DNA of 64,000 nt from Limnohabitans sp. (GTDB lineage Bacteria; Pseudomonadota; Gammaproteobacteria; Burkholderiales; Burkholderiaceae_C), in the NCBI GenBank assembly GCA_036834025.1, contig DAITOS010000001.1, positions 80,666-144,665 on the forward strand, written 5' to 3'. A program made the position numbers and the translations under genes. Under the pieces are notes generated by a model, which worked only from the letters and a program-made list of their open reading frames with translations, made no database searches and was not told where the DNA came from. Shown piece by piece: positions 42,320-52,871 of this stretch. Positions within the stretch are counted from its first letter, which is position 1, and each line of letters opens with the position of its first letter.

Positions 42320-43678
42320 ATGACCTCCAAATTTGATCATACTGTTTACTCTCTTCGCCGAGCTCGCCTTGCAAGCCAACTTGGCTCGCAAGGAGTTGCA
42401 ATAATTCCAACAGCTCCAGAACAACAGCGCAATAGGGACAGTAATTTTTTATATAGACACGATAGCTATTTTTATTATTTAACTGGTTTTACTGAACCTA
42501 ATGCAACATTGATTATTTTTGCAGATGGGCGTACGGTTCTTTTTTGCCAGCCTAAAGATTTGGAGCGCGAAATATGGGATGGGTACCGTCTCGGACCAGA
42601 AAGTGCAGTTCAAGTCCTTGGCTTGACTAATGCATATTCCAACGTTTTAATCGACACTGAGATGCCTAAGTTTTTAGAGAATATTCCCACTCTTTGGTAT
42701 CCTTTTTCCACTCACAAAGGGCTAAGTGAACAAATAGATAACTGGTTAGCAGTTGTTCAATCAAAGGTTAGATCCGGAGTGTCTGCTCCACACCGTCTAA
42801 ATGATGTGTGTTCTTTAATCGATGAAATGCGGATTATCAAAGATTCACACGAAATTGAACTAATGAAAATAGCAGGTCGTATAAGTGCTAATGCCCATAT
42901 AAGAGCGATGCAGTTTTGTTCTACGAATATTAGAAACAAAAACCAAATCTTCGAATATCATTTGGATGCTGAACTTCTTTATGAGTTTAGACGTTGTGGA
43001 TCAGAATTTCCAGCTTATTCCTCTATCGTCGCGTCTGGCTCCAATGCCTGCGTGTTGCATTACCGCGCAGACAAAGCATCTATAAACGACGGCGAACTCG
43101 TTTTAATTGACGCGGGCTGTGAATACTCCAGTTATGCAGGTGACATTACTCGAACTTTTCCAGCTAACGGGAAATTTTCCCGCTCACAAAGGGCGCTTTA
43201 TGAGGTGGTTTTAGAGAGCCAATACGCGGCTGTTTCCTCGACTCGTTCAGGCGCTCTTTTTACAGACCCTCACAATGCAGCGCTGCGAGTGCTTTGCAAG
43301 GGACTTCTTGATCTTGGAATCTTAAAAGCAGACAAATGTGGATCCATAGATGATGTTATTGCCAATAAGGATTATTTCCCCTTTTATATGCACCGAACCA
43401 GTCATTGGCTCGGAATGGATGTGCACGATTGCGGCGCATATTCTGAGCCCAACTCCCTAGCCCAAAACGGCGCTCCTACACCGCGAGTGCTTCGCACGGG
43501 AATGGTTCTAACTATTGAGCCAGGTTTGTATATAAGACCAAGCGCTGATGTTCCAGTTGAGTATCACAACATGGGCATAAGAATTGAAGATGATGCTTTA
43601 GTTGGTGATTCTGCTTGTGAGTTGCTAACAAGAGATGTGCCGGTTGACCCAACCGAGATTGAAAATTTAATGAATTAA
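42320..43678 (+). CDS. pepP: Xaa-Pro aminopeptidase
   Basis: 452-aa ORF with an N-terminal AMP_N-like region and M24 metal ligands ([30 protein letters not shown]). Confidence 0.85.
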   Translation: MTSKFDHTVYSLRRARLASQLGSQGVAIIPTAPEQQRNRDSNFLYRHDSYFYYLTGFTEPNATLIIFADGRTVLFCQPKDLEREIWDGYRLGPESAVQVLGLTNAYSNVLIDTEMPKFLENIPTLWYPFSTHKGLSEQIDNWLAVVQSKVRSGVSAPHRLNDVCSLIDEMRIIKDSHEIELMKIAGRISANAHIRAMQFCSTNIRNKNQIFEYHLDAELLYEFRRCGSEFPAYSSIVASGSNACVLHYRADKASINDGELVLIDAGCEYSSYAGDITRTFPANGKFSRSQRALYEVVLESQYAAVSSTRSGALFTDPHNAALRVLCKGLLDLGILKADKCGSIDDVIANKDYFPFYMHRTSHWLGMDVHDCGAYSEPNSLAQNGAPTPRVLRTGMVLTIEPGLYIRPSADVPVEYHNMGIRIEDDALVGDSACELLTRDVPVDPTEIENLMN

Positions 43679-43692
43679 CAGGCAATAAAAAC

Positions 43693-43869
43693 ATGACTAC
43701 CCATTTTAGAACCTATGTCTGTATCGTTTGTGGATTTATGTACGACGAACAAATCGGTCGTCCTGAGGACGGCATTTCTGCAGGCACCGCATGGTCTGAT
43801 GTGCCAGAGACTTGGGCTTGCCCTGAGTGTGGTGTTTCCAAATCAGATTTTGAAATGGTTGAGTTCTAA
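43693..43869 (+). CDS. rubredoxin
   Basis: Below the ORF-track size cut-off. Translation is [58 protein letters not shown]. It has the two rubredoxin knuckles CxxCG and CPxCG. Confidence 0.85.
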   Translation: MTTHFRTYVCIVCGFMYDEQIGRPEDGISAGTAWSDVPETWACPECGVSKSDFEMVEF

Positions 43870-44017
43870 TCTTATTTAAATTTACAGCTTGACTGCGAGA
43901 AATTTTTGCGCCCCACCCCACGTAGTTTGACTTATTTAGAACTAGCACTAGCCAAAGTTTATTCAATTTCAAATCTGGCACATTTGTAAGCCTACAATGA
44001 ATGCTTGGTATTATTAA

Positions 44018-44035
44018 TTGCCAACACATTGGCAA
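44018..44035. promoter_or_regulatory. palindrome TTGCCAA-CACA-TTGGCAA abutting the maeB RBS
   Basis: Perfect 7-bp arms with a 4-bp spacer. The right arm ends inside the GGCAAGGAGA Shine-Dalgarno region, 9 nt upstream of the maeB ATG. Confidence 0.3.
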
Positions 44036-44044
44036 GGAGAGATC

Positions 44045-46393
44045 ATGGCCACAGAAAACAAAACAACTTCTATCACTCAAAGACCAAATTCAATGACTAT
44101 TGACCCCCACGAAGCCGCAAAACAAGAATTACGTAGAGCAGCACTTGAGTACCATGAATTTCCTACTCCAGGAAAAATCTCTGTTCAAGCGAGTAAACAA
44201 CTTGTAAATCAGCACGATTTGGCACTAGCTTATACACCTGGCGTCGCGGCGCCTTGCGAAGAAATAGTTAAAGACCCCAATGCTGCTTATCGTTATACAA
44301 GTCGAGGCAATTTAGTAGCCGTTATCACCAACGGAACTGCAGTCTTGGGCCTAGGAGATATAGGCCCATTAGCCTCAAAACCTGTCATGGAGGGTAAAGG
44401 AGTTTTATTTAAGAAGTTTGCTGGTATCGATGTTTTTGATATTGAGATCAACGAAAAAAATCTTGATAAGTTAGTTGATACGATTGCATCACTTGAGCCT
44501 ACTTTTGGGGGTATTAATCTTGAAGACATCAAAGCCCCAGATTGCTTTTATGTAGAGCGCAAACTTCGTGAGAGAATGAAAATACCAGTCTTTCATGATG
44601 ACCAACACGGCACGGCGATCGTAGTTGGGGCCGCAATTATTAGTGGCCTTAGAGTTGTCGGTAAAGACATTAAAAAAGTTAAATTCGTCACCTCTGGAGC
44701 CGGTGCGGCTGCGCTAGCTTGTCTGAACCTACTCTTAAAGTTAGGGCTGGCTCGAGAGAATATTTTTGTTACAGATTTAGCTGGTGTAGTCTACAAGGGC
44801 AGAACAGAGCTCATGGATGAGGACAAAATCCAGTTTGCACAGGAAACAAATTGCCGATCATTATCAGATGTGATTGATGGCGCTGATGTTTTCTTGGGTC
44901 TATCTGCTGGAGGTGTTCTAAAGCCTGAAATGGTTGCAAAGATGGCAGCAAAGCCCCTTATTCTTGCGCTTGCAAATCCAACCCCAGAGATTTTGCCTGA
45001 CGAGGTTGCCGCAGTGCGCTCAGATGCAGTCATGGCAACAGGTCGCTCTGATTATCCCAATCAGGTTAATAATGTTCTTTGTTTTCCCTACATATTTAGA
45101 GGTGCATTAGACGCAGGCGCATCTACTATAACAACGGAGATGGAGATAGCTGCTGTTTATGCCATTGCTGAATTGGCACAAGCTGAGCAAAGCGAAGTTG
45201 TTGCCGCTGCCTACTCGGGGGAGGTTTTGGCGTTTGGTCCAGACTACTTAATCCCAAAACCATTTGATCCTCGTTTAATGATCAAAATTGCACCCGCAGT
45301 AGCTAAAGCAGCATATGACAGCGGTGTTGCTCAGCGACCCATTCAGGATTTTGAAGCTTACAAAGAAAAGTTACAAAGCTTTGTCTATGCTTCAGGCTCT
45401 GCAATGAAGCCAATTTATGAGGCGGCCAAAAAAGGATCAAAAAAGCGCGTAGCTTTTGCAGAGGGCGAAGATGAAAGGGTGCTTAGGGCCGCCCAAATTG
45501 TTTTTGATGAAGGTCTTGCAACTCCAACGTTAATTGGACGCCCAGCGATCATTGCGCAACGTATAGAGCGATTTGGCTTACGCTTGAAGGAAGGAGTGAA
45601 CTACCAGGTGGTTAACGTTGAGCAAGATCCTAGGTACAAAGATTTTTGGCAAACCTACCTAAGCTTGACTGAGAGAAAAGGTGTAAATATGCAACTAGCC
45701 AAAATTGAGATGCGTAGAAGACTATCTCTTATCGGAGCAATGCTTTTACATAAAAACGAGGTTGACGGCCTAATCTGCGGAACTTGGAATACCCCGACCG
45801 TTCATCTTAACTATATCGATGAAGTGATTGGTCATAAACCAGGGGTGAGTACCTATGCTTGTATGAATCTATTATTACTCCCCGAACGACAAGTTTTTCT
45901 CGTAGACACACACATCAATGTCAACCCAACAGCCGAGCAACTTTGTGAAATAACCATTATGGCTGCCCAAGAAATGCTGCGTTTTGGAATACAACCAAAA
46001 GCAGCACTCTTATCACATTCCAACTTTGGCTCAAGCAACGATGAGTCTGCATTGAAGATGCGTCAAACTCTTGGATTATTAAATGAGCGTGCGCCTTGGT
46101 TGGAAGTCGATGGTGAAATGCACGGCGACATGGCACTCGATACGCACGCCAGAAAATCTTATATGCCTAGTTCGACACTCCACTCTGATGCAAATTTGCT
46201 AGTGATGCCAAATCTTGACTCTGCAAATATTTCATATAACCTGTTAAAAGTGGCAGCTGGAGGTAATATTGCAGTAGGACCAATTCTTCTTGGTGCCGCA
46301 AAACCTGTTCATATTCTCACAGCAAGCGCCACCGTACGACGCATAGTCAACATGACAGCGCTAACGGTTGCGGATGCAAGCGCAGTTAGATAG
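44045..46393 (+). CDS. maeB: NADP-dependent malic enzyme with C-terminal phosphotransacetylase-like domain
   Basis: The ATG at 44045 is preceded by AAGGAGA; the ORF-track start at 44018 is upstream. It has a malic enzyme N-terminal part ([28 protein letters not shown]) and a PTA-like C-terminal half. Confidence 0.93.
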   Translation: MATENKTTSITQRPNSMTIDPHEAAKQELRRAALEYHEFPTPGKISVQASKQLVNQHDLALAYTPGVAAPCEEIVKDPNAAYRYTSRGNLVAVITNGTAVLGLGDIGPLASKPVMEGKGVLFKKFAGIDVFDIEINEKNLDKLVDTIASLEPTFGGINLEDIKAPDCFYVERKLRERMKIPVFHDDQHGTAIVVGAAIISGLRVVGKDIKKVKFVTSGAGAAALACLNLLLKLGLARENIFVTDLAGVVYKGRTELMDEDKIQFAQETNCRSLSDVIDGADVFLGLSAGGVLKPEMVAKMAAKPLILALANPTPEILPDEVAAVRSDAVMATGRSDYPNQVNNVLCFPYIFRGALDAGASTITTEMEIAAVYAIAELAQAEQSEVVAAAYSGEVLAFGPDYLIPKPFDPRLMIKIAPAVAKAAYDSGVAQRPIQDFEAYKEKLQSFVYASGSAMKPIYEAAKKGSKKRVAFAEGEDERVLRAAQIVFDEGLATPTLIGRPAIIAQRIERFGLRLKEGVNYQVVNVEQDPRYKDFWQTYLSLTERKGVNMQLAKIEMRRRLSLIGAMLLHKNEVDGLICGTWNTPTVHLNYIDEVIGHKPGVSTYACMNLLLLPERQVFLVDTHINVNPTAEQLCEITIMAAQEMLRFGIQPKAALLSHSNFGSSNDESALKMRQTLGLLNERAPWLEVDGEMHGDMALDTHARKSYMPSSTLHSDANLLVMPNLDSANISYNLLKVAAGGNIAVGPILLGAAKPVHILTASATVRRIVNMTALTVADASAVR

Positions 46394-46601
46394 CCAATAA
46401 AATGTAATTATTTTGGTTGCTTTTTAATCCATAAGACCCCACTCATTACATATCTACTTGCCTTTTTGCATTATTTCAGTCACACTATGCATTCGCTGGG
46501 TTCGCTTAGCTAGGTTATTAATACCAATGTTTTCACATTTGTATTAGTTTTTAATTAACTTTTTCGGTACTTTGTGCTATTTTTTAGGAAGTAGAACGGA
46601 G

Positions 46602-47177
46602 ATGGAAATGCCACTTCGTAATGTAAAAACCAATATCGTCCAGTCCATCCGCGCTTTTAGAGTCGCAGATTTGCAAAACGCTGCTCAACAAATGGGTCAC
46701 CATTTTTTGTATGCGAATATTGCTGCTGCGCAAAGTAAGCAAGATGTTCTCGACATGATCGCCCATCAGTTCACTTTTCCAATGCATACCAGCAAGAGTT
46801 TTGACTCCTTGTATGATTGCATGACAGATCCGCTTTATAAATCGGGTCCCCAACCAGGCTTTGTAGTTGTGCTTGAACATATTCCTGCCCATTCAAAGTT
46901 TGATAAGGAAGCAAGAGAGCAATTGATTGATATTTTCCGGGAGGCCGCAGATTATTGGTCAGATCGTAAAATCTCTTTCAGATGCTTCTATTCTTTCTCA
47001 GTTGCCATTGCGCCCGTTATGGCCGGTGATCGACTCACAAATACTCCAGATCCTGAAGGTATTAGCTTACCTGAAGAGGGCGAAAAGATGCCCACCGATA
47101 AATTAGTGGATGTATCTCCACTAGCTTTGAGAATGAGCAGCCCATTTAATGCAGGCTATTGGTTATCAGTAGCTTAA
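46602..47177 (+). CDS. barstar-like (RNase inhibitor family) protein with C-terminal extension
   Basis: By-eye match to the barstar/YhcO pattern: SKSFDSLYDCMTD, GFVVVLEHI and LIDIFREAADYW...ISFRCFY. The start is ATG 46602 or 46608 (GGAG upstream); the ORF-track TTG at 46572 is unlikely. Confidence 0.45.
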   Translation: MEMPLRNVKTNIVQSIRAFRVADLQNAAQQMGHHFLYANIAAAQSKQDVLDMIAHQFTFPMHTSKSFDSLYDCMTDPLYKSGPQPGFVVVLEHIPAHSKFDKEAREQLIDIFREAADYWSDRKISFRCFYSFSVAIAPVMAGDRLTNTPDPEGISLPEEGEKMPTDKLVDVSPLALRMSSPFNAGYWLSVA

Positions 47178-47207
47178 AACCCTGCCTGTAAATCATTTTG
47201 ATCATTG

Positions 47208-47237
47208 AAAAAGCCCGCAAATAGCGGGCTTTTTTTG
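47208..47237. terminator. bidirectional rho-independent terminator
   Basis: AAAAA-GCCCGC-AAATA-GCGGGC-TTTTTTT, lying between convergent genes. Confidence 0.8.
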
Positions 47238-47250
47238 AAATAGAAGGAAT

Positions 47251-47664
47251 TTATACCTGAGACGAAGCGCGCTGAATTTCAGCCATAACTCTAGGATCTT
47301 GAAGTGCTACTTCCCACATTTTTTGGTCGTTCAAGCGCTCACGTCTATCCAACTTCCATTGTGTAAAAGCCGGCCCGAACGCTGCAACAGTTTTTCTAAT
47401 CGGTGTCGCCAATAAAGCAATTGCTGAAAAGGCAACAATCCACATTAAAATCCATGCTGCAAGCATGTGACCATCTGTGTATGTATCGATAACCTGATTT
47501 ACGATTACCAACAGGGTCGAGACGATAGCAGATAATAAAACGATTGCTAAGTTGCGAGCTCCATCAAAATTGTAGGCAAAGTTTTTTGCGCTTAAGAGGA
47601 CACGTGAAATCCGTGCAACGCCAGGATGGACACTGGGGTATGATGTATGAGCAAATGCAGTCAT
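47251..47664 (-). CDS. hypothetical two-TM membrane protein
   Basis: 137-aa ORF with two hydrophobic helices and a charged C-terminal tail (WKLDRRERLNDQKMWEVALQDPRVMAEIQRA). It is divergent from a LysR gene. No family recognised. Confidence 0.5.
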   Translation of the reverse strand: MTAFAHTSYPSVHPGVARISRVLLSAKNFAYNFDGARNLAIVLLSAIVSTLLVIVNQVIDTYTDGHMLAAWILMWIVAFSAIALLATPIRKTVAAFGPAFTQWKLDRRERLNDQKMWEVALQDPRVMAEIQRASSQV

Positions 47665-47714
47665 TTGGTTTTCCTTACGTTGTGATTTGAATTCGATGTT
47701 GTTATTATAGGGTT

Positions 47715-47726
47715 AACACTAGTGTT
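47715..47726. promoter_or_regulatory. perfect palindrome AACACTAGTGTT in the LysR divergent intergenic region (candidate LTTR operator)
   Basis: 12-bp perfect dyad centred about 45 nt upstream of the LysR ATG and about 55 nt upstream of the divergent membrane-protein gene. Confidence 0.35.
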
Positions 47727-47764
47727 GTTCGGCTTTATATTGATGATAAGATACATTCACAAAA

Positions 47765-48766
47765 ATGATACCCGATCAGATCTCTAAAAAAATCAACTTC
47801 AGAACTCTTGACTTGAACCTTCTTCGGGTTTTCGACGAGGTCATGGTTGAGCGAAGTCTGACCCGTGCAGCCCAAAAACTCTCCCTTACACAACCTGCTA
47901 TCAGCAACGCCATGCGACGGCTTAGGGAGGCCATAGGGGATGACTTACTAAAAAGAAATGGTCAAGCTCTTGAACCAACTGCTAGAGCTCAGTCCTTATG
48001 GCCTGTTGTAAGGGAGTCATTAAAACAACTTCAAGACTCCCTAGATCCGGATGAGTTCAATCCATTAACTGCAGTTTCTACTTTTATTATTGCCATGGCA
48101 GATGCCACCGCAGCTGAAGTCGTTCCCGCACTTCTGGAGATTTTGGAGCAAGAGGCTCCTGGAGTTTCTTTAAGAATCGTCCCCTTAACTACTAGAGATC
48201 CAAGAGAACTGTTAAGACAGGAGTTAGCAGATTTGGCTGTTGGTTATTTCCCCGCTGCGATTACCGATCTCACTAGCCGTGCACAGTCAGGGGATATTGT
48301 TAGTTTTGAGCACTCCCGTCTCTTTGATGGTGAGTATGTGTGTGTCATGAGAAAAGACCATCCGCTCGCCCAAGACGAACTGACTCTTGATTTGTTTTGT
48401 TCATGCCGCCACTTATTAGTGAGCTTCTCAGGAAGACCTTTTGGTTTTATAGATGAGTCGCTAGCGGCATTGGGGAAAAAAAGAAGAGTCGTTGGAACCG
48501 TTAATCAGTTCGCAACAGCTGGGCGAGTTGTGTTGCAAACCAATTTATTGACCGTCTTACCAAGACACTTCGTAAGCGTTGCGGGTATTGAGAGTCAACT
48601 TGTCTTAAAAAAGCTCCCCTTTGATTCTCCGATTGTTCACGTTGATATGCTCTGGCATCATCATTCATTCACACCAAAAGCACAGCGCTGGCTAAGATCC
48701 AGTGTTGAGCGAGCTGCAGCGTTGTCTATGAAGTCGCATTTAAGTCCAAACGAGAACTTGAATTGA
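47765..48766 (+). CDS. LysR-family transcriptional regulator
   Basis: 333-aa ORF with an N-terminal wHTH (LDLNLLRVFDEVMVERSLTRAAQKLSLTQPAISNAMRRLRE) and a LysR substrate-binding domain. Confidence 0.85.
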   Translation: MIPDQISKKINFRTLDLNLLRVFDEVMVERSLTRAAQKLSLTQPAISNAMRRLREAIGDDLLKRNGQALEPTARAQSLWPVVRESLKQLQDSLDPDEFNPLTAVSTFIIAMADATAAEVVPALLEILEQEAPGVSLRIVPLTTRDPRELLRQELADLAVGYFPAAITDLTSRAQSGDIVSFEHSRLFDGEYVCVMRKDHPLAQDELTLDLFCSCRHLLVSFSGRPFGFIDESLAALGKKRRVVGTVNQFATAGRVVLQTNLLTVLPRHFVSVAGIESQLVLKKLPFDSPIVHVDMLWHHHSFTPKAQRWLRSSVERAAALSMKSHLSPNENLN

Positions 48767-48802
48767 TCTATGGTTTATGTTTGCCTTATCCGCTCATCTC
48801 AC

Positions 48803-50440
48803 TCATTTAACAGCAGATACAGGCACAACACCTGCTCTACCTGACTCTACAAAGTATTGTCCCTGCTTCCTAAATGACCCATCTACTTTAGCTGGGTGAG
48901 TGGTTGTTCTAAATTCACAGCTCAGTTCCTGCGGCGTAACACTGATTAGTGCATAACCTCGCTCCTGTGCTTGTAAATGTAATATATCTGGATTATTTGC
49001 TTTTATTAAGCCCGTTGCGCCCTTTCCCAGGCCAGAAGAGGTAACAGAGGTTGTTACAAATTCACTCGCAACAATTGGCGAGCTCTTGTCGTTGGGCTGA
49101 ACCCTTAGATTAGCGGCCACATTCATATGAACATCTCCCCCCAGAGTAACAACGTTGGTTATCTTATTTTGATGAATGTCTTCTAAAAATCTTTTGCGCG
49201 CCTGAGGATATCCATCCCATGCATCGGTGTAGGTAAGTGTCCCAACAGGAGTTGAAATTGTTGCCGAGCTCATTTGTGTTGCCTGAGCAATCAATTTCCA
49301 CGTCTTTTGAGAGGCCTTTAACCCACCTGAAAGCCATAGCTCCTGATCCAATCCAAACATTGTTCGCGTCTTATCCTCTAGCTCGTCGCACTTCATAATC
49401 ACTCTTCCACCACCATTTTTAGGAGTTGAACATGCGTGATAGCTCCTAAATTGTCGGCAATCTAGAGTCCAAAGTTCGGCAAGCTGTCCCCAAGAATAAG
49501 AGTCATTCAAAATCATCGTAGCTTCAAATGAACTTTTAATCTGAGGACCTATCTCAATAGGCTGATGTTCAAAATAGGCTCGATATGCGGCGGCGCGGCG
49601 TTTTAAAAAATCTTGTGGATTTGTATATGAAGGATCTAAATCATTTGCGTAATCATTAGCAACCTCATGGTCATCCCACATCAATATCCATGGATACCTA
49701 GCGTGCGCAGCCTGCAAAAGAGGGTCTTCCTTATACTGTGCATATCGATCTCGGTATTGCTCAAGCGTTTTTGGCTCTACACCTCTGTGCATTCTTAAAG
49801 ACTTTGATTCGGCGATATTTGTTTCATAAATATAGTCACCCACAAATAAAACAAAATCTAAGTCTTGCTCCAACATATCTTTATAAGCAGCATACTCACC
49901 GGCTTGAAAGTTCTGACATGATGCTAAAGCAAATCGCATTGTTTGCACTGCTTCCCATTGCTCAGGTGCTGTTTTGGTTCTTCCCACGCCACTAACTGCT
50001 TCACCAACAATGAACCTATACCAGTATATTGTGCTTGCTGTTAAACCTTGTACTTTCACTCTGACAGAGTGTCCTCTAGAGTGATCCGTTAACTCCTCTC
50101 CCGATCTGATGGGTGTTTGAAGGTTTTCATCGCCATACACCTCCCATCGCACGATGATTGGTTCATCCGTATCAACTGAACTTTGATAATCACTTGGATC
50201 TATTATTAGACGTGTCCACAGCACTACAGAATTAGATCGAGGTACTCCACTTGCGACACCAAGTTTAAAAGGCTGTACTTTCCAAGTTCGAACACCGAAA
50301 CTTGAAAAAGAGGGGGTATGTGCAAAAACTTTTTTTTCACTAAACGGCATCAATGCCAAACTTATCGCTGCATTCTTGATTGTCAAATTGAGTTTTCTGC
50401 GTAACTCAAATTTTGATTTATGAAGATCATTTAGTACCAT
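48803..50440 (-). CDS. phoD: alkaline phosphatase D family protein
   Basis: 545-aa ORF with an N-terminal RR-containing signal-like region and metallophosphatase motifs (FVGDYIYE, MWDDHEVAND, LGGDVH). Confidence 0.8.
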   Translation of the reverse strand: MVLNDLHKSKFELRRKLNLTIKNAAISLALMPFSEKKVFAHTPSFSSFGVRTWKVQPFKLGVASGVPRSNSVVLWTRLIIDPSDYQSSVDTDEPIIVRWEVYGDENLQTPIRSGEELTDHSRGHSVRVKVQGLTASTIYWYRFIVGEAVSGVGRTKTAPEQWEAVQTMRFALASCQNFQAGEYAAYKDMLEQDLDFVLFVGDYIYETNIAESKSLRMHRGVEPKTLEQYRDRYAQYKEDPLLQAAHARYPWILMWDDHEVANDYANDLDPSYTNPQDFLKRRAAAYRAYFEHQPIEIGPQIKSSFEATMILNDSYSWGQLAELWTLDCRQFRSYHACSTPKNGGGRVIMKCDELEDKTRTMFGLDQELWLSGGLKASQKTWKLIAQATQMSSATISTPVGTLTYTDAWDGYPQARKRFLEDIHQNKITNVVTLGGDVHMNVAANLRVQPNDKSSPIVASEFVTTSVTSSGLGKGATGLIKANNPDILHLQAQERGYALISVTPQELSCEFRTTTHPAKVDGSFRKQGQYFVESGRAGVVPVSAVK

Positions 50441-50454
50441 GTGTATTAAATGAT

Positions 50455-51579
50455 CTATTCGATTTCGGTCCGCTCAATAACTGCCCCACCTAAACAGACC
50501 TCTCCATCATACAGAACGACAGATTGTCCCGGAGTAACTGCCCACTGAGGTTGCTCAAAATGTATTTTGACCTCCCCCGGAGTTGGGTTAGCTTTTAATA
50601 TACATTTTGCATCTTCTTGCCTATAACGAGTTTTAGCGGCTAAAGATGAGCCCTCAATGGCAGCCAACCCAACTGGGTCTACCCAACTCGCGTCAAGAGC
50701 ATAAAGGGTTTGAGAAAGCAACCAAGGATGATCGTGCCCACGAACAACGTATAGAGTTTGTGTCTGGGTATCTTTTTTAGCTACAAACCAAGGCTCATGG
50801 GCTCCCCCCCCTCTTTGTGCGCCGGGCTCTTTTAGGCCACCTATTTTCAACCCTTGACGCTGTCCTAAGGTATAAAAACTAAGCCCCATGTGTTCACCAA
50901 TCACGCGGCCAGTATCGTCTTTAATGGGTCCTGGTCGAGAGTCAATGTATTTATTTAAAAACTCACGAAAGGGTCTTTCTCCGATAAAACATATCCCAGT
51001 TGAATCTTTCTTTTTTGCATTAGGAAGACCAATTTCTAATGCCATTTTTCTAATCTCTGACTTGTGAATTTCTCCGATCGGAAAAATTGTTTTAAAGAGC
51101 TGCTCTTGAGTCAATCGATGCAAAAAATAACTTTGATCTTTAGAAGGGTCGATGCCCTTTAGCAACTGAACGCCTTTGTCTTGAAGTCTCGTACGGGCGT
51201 AGTGCCCAGTAGCAATTTTCTCAGCCCCCAAACGAATCGCATGGTCTAAGAAAGCTTTAAATTTAATTTCGGCGTTGCAAAGCACATCTGGGTTGGGTGT
51301 ACGACCAGCTTTATATTCACGTAAAAATTCAGAGAAAACTCTATCTTTATAGTCTTTTGCAAAATTCACATGTTCTATCTCTATTCCTATGACATCTGCA
51401 ACAGCAGCGGCATCAATAAAATCTTGGTTGGATGAGCAATATTCATCATTATCGTCATCCTCCCAATTTTTCATAAAAATACCTACGACCTCATGACCCT
51501 GCTTCTTAAGCAGCCATGCACTGACTGCTGAGTCAACACCTCCGCTCAGCCCAACCACTATTCTTTGTTTTGAGCTCAA
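50455..51579 (-). CDS. mnmA: tRNA 2-thiouridine(34) synthase
   Basis: 374-aa ORF with the PP-loop [11 protein letters not shown], and TGHYAR. Confidence 0.93.
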   Translation of the reverse strand: MSSKQRIVVGLSGGVDSAVSAWLLKKQGHEVVGIFMKNWEDDDNDEYCSSNQDFIDAAAVADVIGIEIEHVNFAKDYKDRVFSEFLREYKAGRTPNPDVLCNAEIKFKAFLDHAIRLGAEKIATGHYARTRLQDKGVQLLKGIDPSKDQSYFLHRLTQEQLFKTIFPIGEIHKSEIRKMALEIGLPNAKKKDSTGICFIGERPFREFLNKYIDSRPGPIKDDTGRVIGEHMGLSFYTLGQRQGLKIGGLKEPGAQRGGGAHEPWFVAKKDTQTQTLYVVRGHDHPWLLSQTLYALDASWVDPVGLAAIEGSSLAAKTRYRQEDAKCILKANPTPGEVKIHFEQPQWAVTPGQSVVLYDGEVCLGGAVIERTEIE

Positions 51580-51606
51580 TATGAAGTCTTTATAGGTTGA
51601 AAAGTA

Positions 51607-52803
51607 TCAGTTTGCAAACGCCGCGATACCGGTCTGTGCCCTACCTAAAATCAACGCATGAATATCGTGCGTGCCTTCGTAGGTATTTACAACTTCTAGA
51701 TTTACCAAATGTCTGGCAACACCATATTCATCACTGATTCCGTTACCACCCATCATATCTCTAGCCATTCGTGCAATATCCAAAGCTTTACCGCAAGAGT
51801 TTCTTTTTAATATTGAGGTAATTTCAACGCTGTCGATACCCTCCTCTTTCATTCTGCCCAATCGCAAACAGCCCTGAAGACCTAAAGTAATTTCTGTTTG
51901 CATATCCACCAACTTCTTTTGAATGAGTTGATTTGCGGCCAATGGTCTACCAAATTGCTTTCGCTGCATGGTGTACTCATGGGCCCTAAACCAACAGTCC
52001 TCTGCAGCGCCAAGAGTTCCCCATGCGATTCCGTATCTTGCACTGTTTAAGCACGTAAATGGGCCCTTCAGTCCTCTCACCTCAGGTAGCGCATTTTCCT
52101 CAGGAACAAACACCGCGTCCATTACGATCTCTCCCGTAATAGAGGCACGTAAACCAACTTTCCCGTGAATTGCAGGAGCACTTAACCCCTTCATTCCTTT
52201 TTCAAGAATAAAGCCGCGAATAGGGCCCACCTCTCCTGAAGGGCTAACTTCTTTGGCCCAAACTACAAATACATCTGCGATCGGACTGTTTGAGATCCAC
52301 ATTTTGGAGCCTGTTAGGCTGTATCCACCGTCTACCACTTTTGCTCGGGTAATCATCCCCGCTGGATCAGATCCATGGTCTGGCTCTGTTAAGCCAAAGC
52401 ATCCAATCCACTCTCCGCTTGCAAGCTTAGGCAGGTACTTTTCTCTTTGTGCTTCTGTACCGAATTCGTAAATTGGCACCATCACCAAGGAGGACTGTAC
52501 GCTCATCATAGAACGATATCCTGAGTCAACTCGTTCAACCTCGCGCGCGATCAATCCATATGAAACATAGTCTAAACCAGGCCCACCGTACTGCGTTGGG
52601 ATGGTTGGGCCAAGCATTCCGAGAGAACCCATCTCTTTAAAAATAGCGGGGTCTGTTTTCTCATTTCTAAAAGATTCCAAAACTCGACTTTTTAAGCTTT
52701 GTTGACAATAATCTCTCACCGCCTCACAGACCATGCGCTCATCATCTGTTAATTGGCGCTCAAGTAAAAATGGATCTTTCCACTGAAAACTTACCTTCGT
52801 CAT
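51607..52803 (-). CDS. gcdH: glutaryl-CoA dehydrogenase (acyl-CoA dehydrogenase family)
   Basis: 398-aa ORF with the GCDH-like N-terminus [18 protein letters not shown], plus [11 protein letters not shown] and YEGTHDIH. Confidence 0.8.
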   Translation of the reverse strand: MTKVSFQWKDPFLLERQLTDDERMVCEAVRDYCQQSLKSRVLESFRNEKTDPAIFKEMGSLGMLGPTIPTQYGGPGLDYVSYGLIAREVERVDSGYRSMMSVQSSLVMVPIYEFGTEAQREKYLPKLASGEWIGCFGLTEPDHGSDPAGMITRAKVVDGGYSLTGSKMWISNSPIADVFVVWAKEVSPSGEVGPIRGFILEKGMKGLSAPAIHGKVGLRASITGEIVMDAVFVPEENALPEVRGLKGPFTCLNSARYGIAWGTLGAAEDCWFRAHEYTMQRKQFGRPLAANQLIQKKLVDMQTEITLGLQGCLRLGRMKEEGIDSVEITSILKRNSCGKALDIARMARDMMGGNGISDEYGVARHLVNLEVVNTYEGTHDIHALILGRAQTGIAAFAN

Positions 52804-52871
52804 TAAGTACTCCGTTTAATTTTGGTATTTCCACATTATCTCAAATCTATTCTTTTATACTGGAAATAAGC

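Noticed and set aside
43975-43992. Sigma-54-like CTGGCAC upstream of maeB
   Set aside because: The -12 element is absent at the required spacing (TGGCAC-N5-TAAG instead of TTGC).
43736-44080. 114-aa minus-strand ORF
   Set aside because: It overlaps the convincingly conserved rubredoxin gene on the opposite strand and the maeB upstream region. No motifs were recognised.
46396-46425. dif-like / hairpin sequence CCAATAAAATGTAATTATTTTGG after maeB
   Set aside because: It matches the XerC and XerD arms of the dif consensus poorly and the central region is mis-spaced. At best it is a weak AT-rich terminator hairpin.
47598-47613. Possible third parS (GGACACGTGAAATCC)
   Set aside because: Only the right half resembles parS and the left arm is unrelated. 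This is a half-site by chance inside a CDS.
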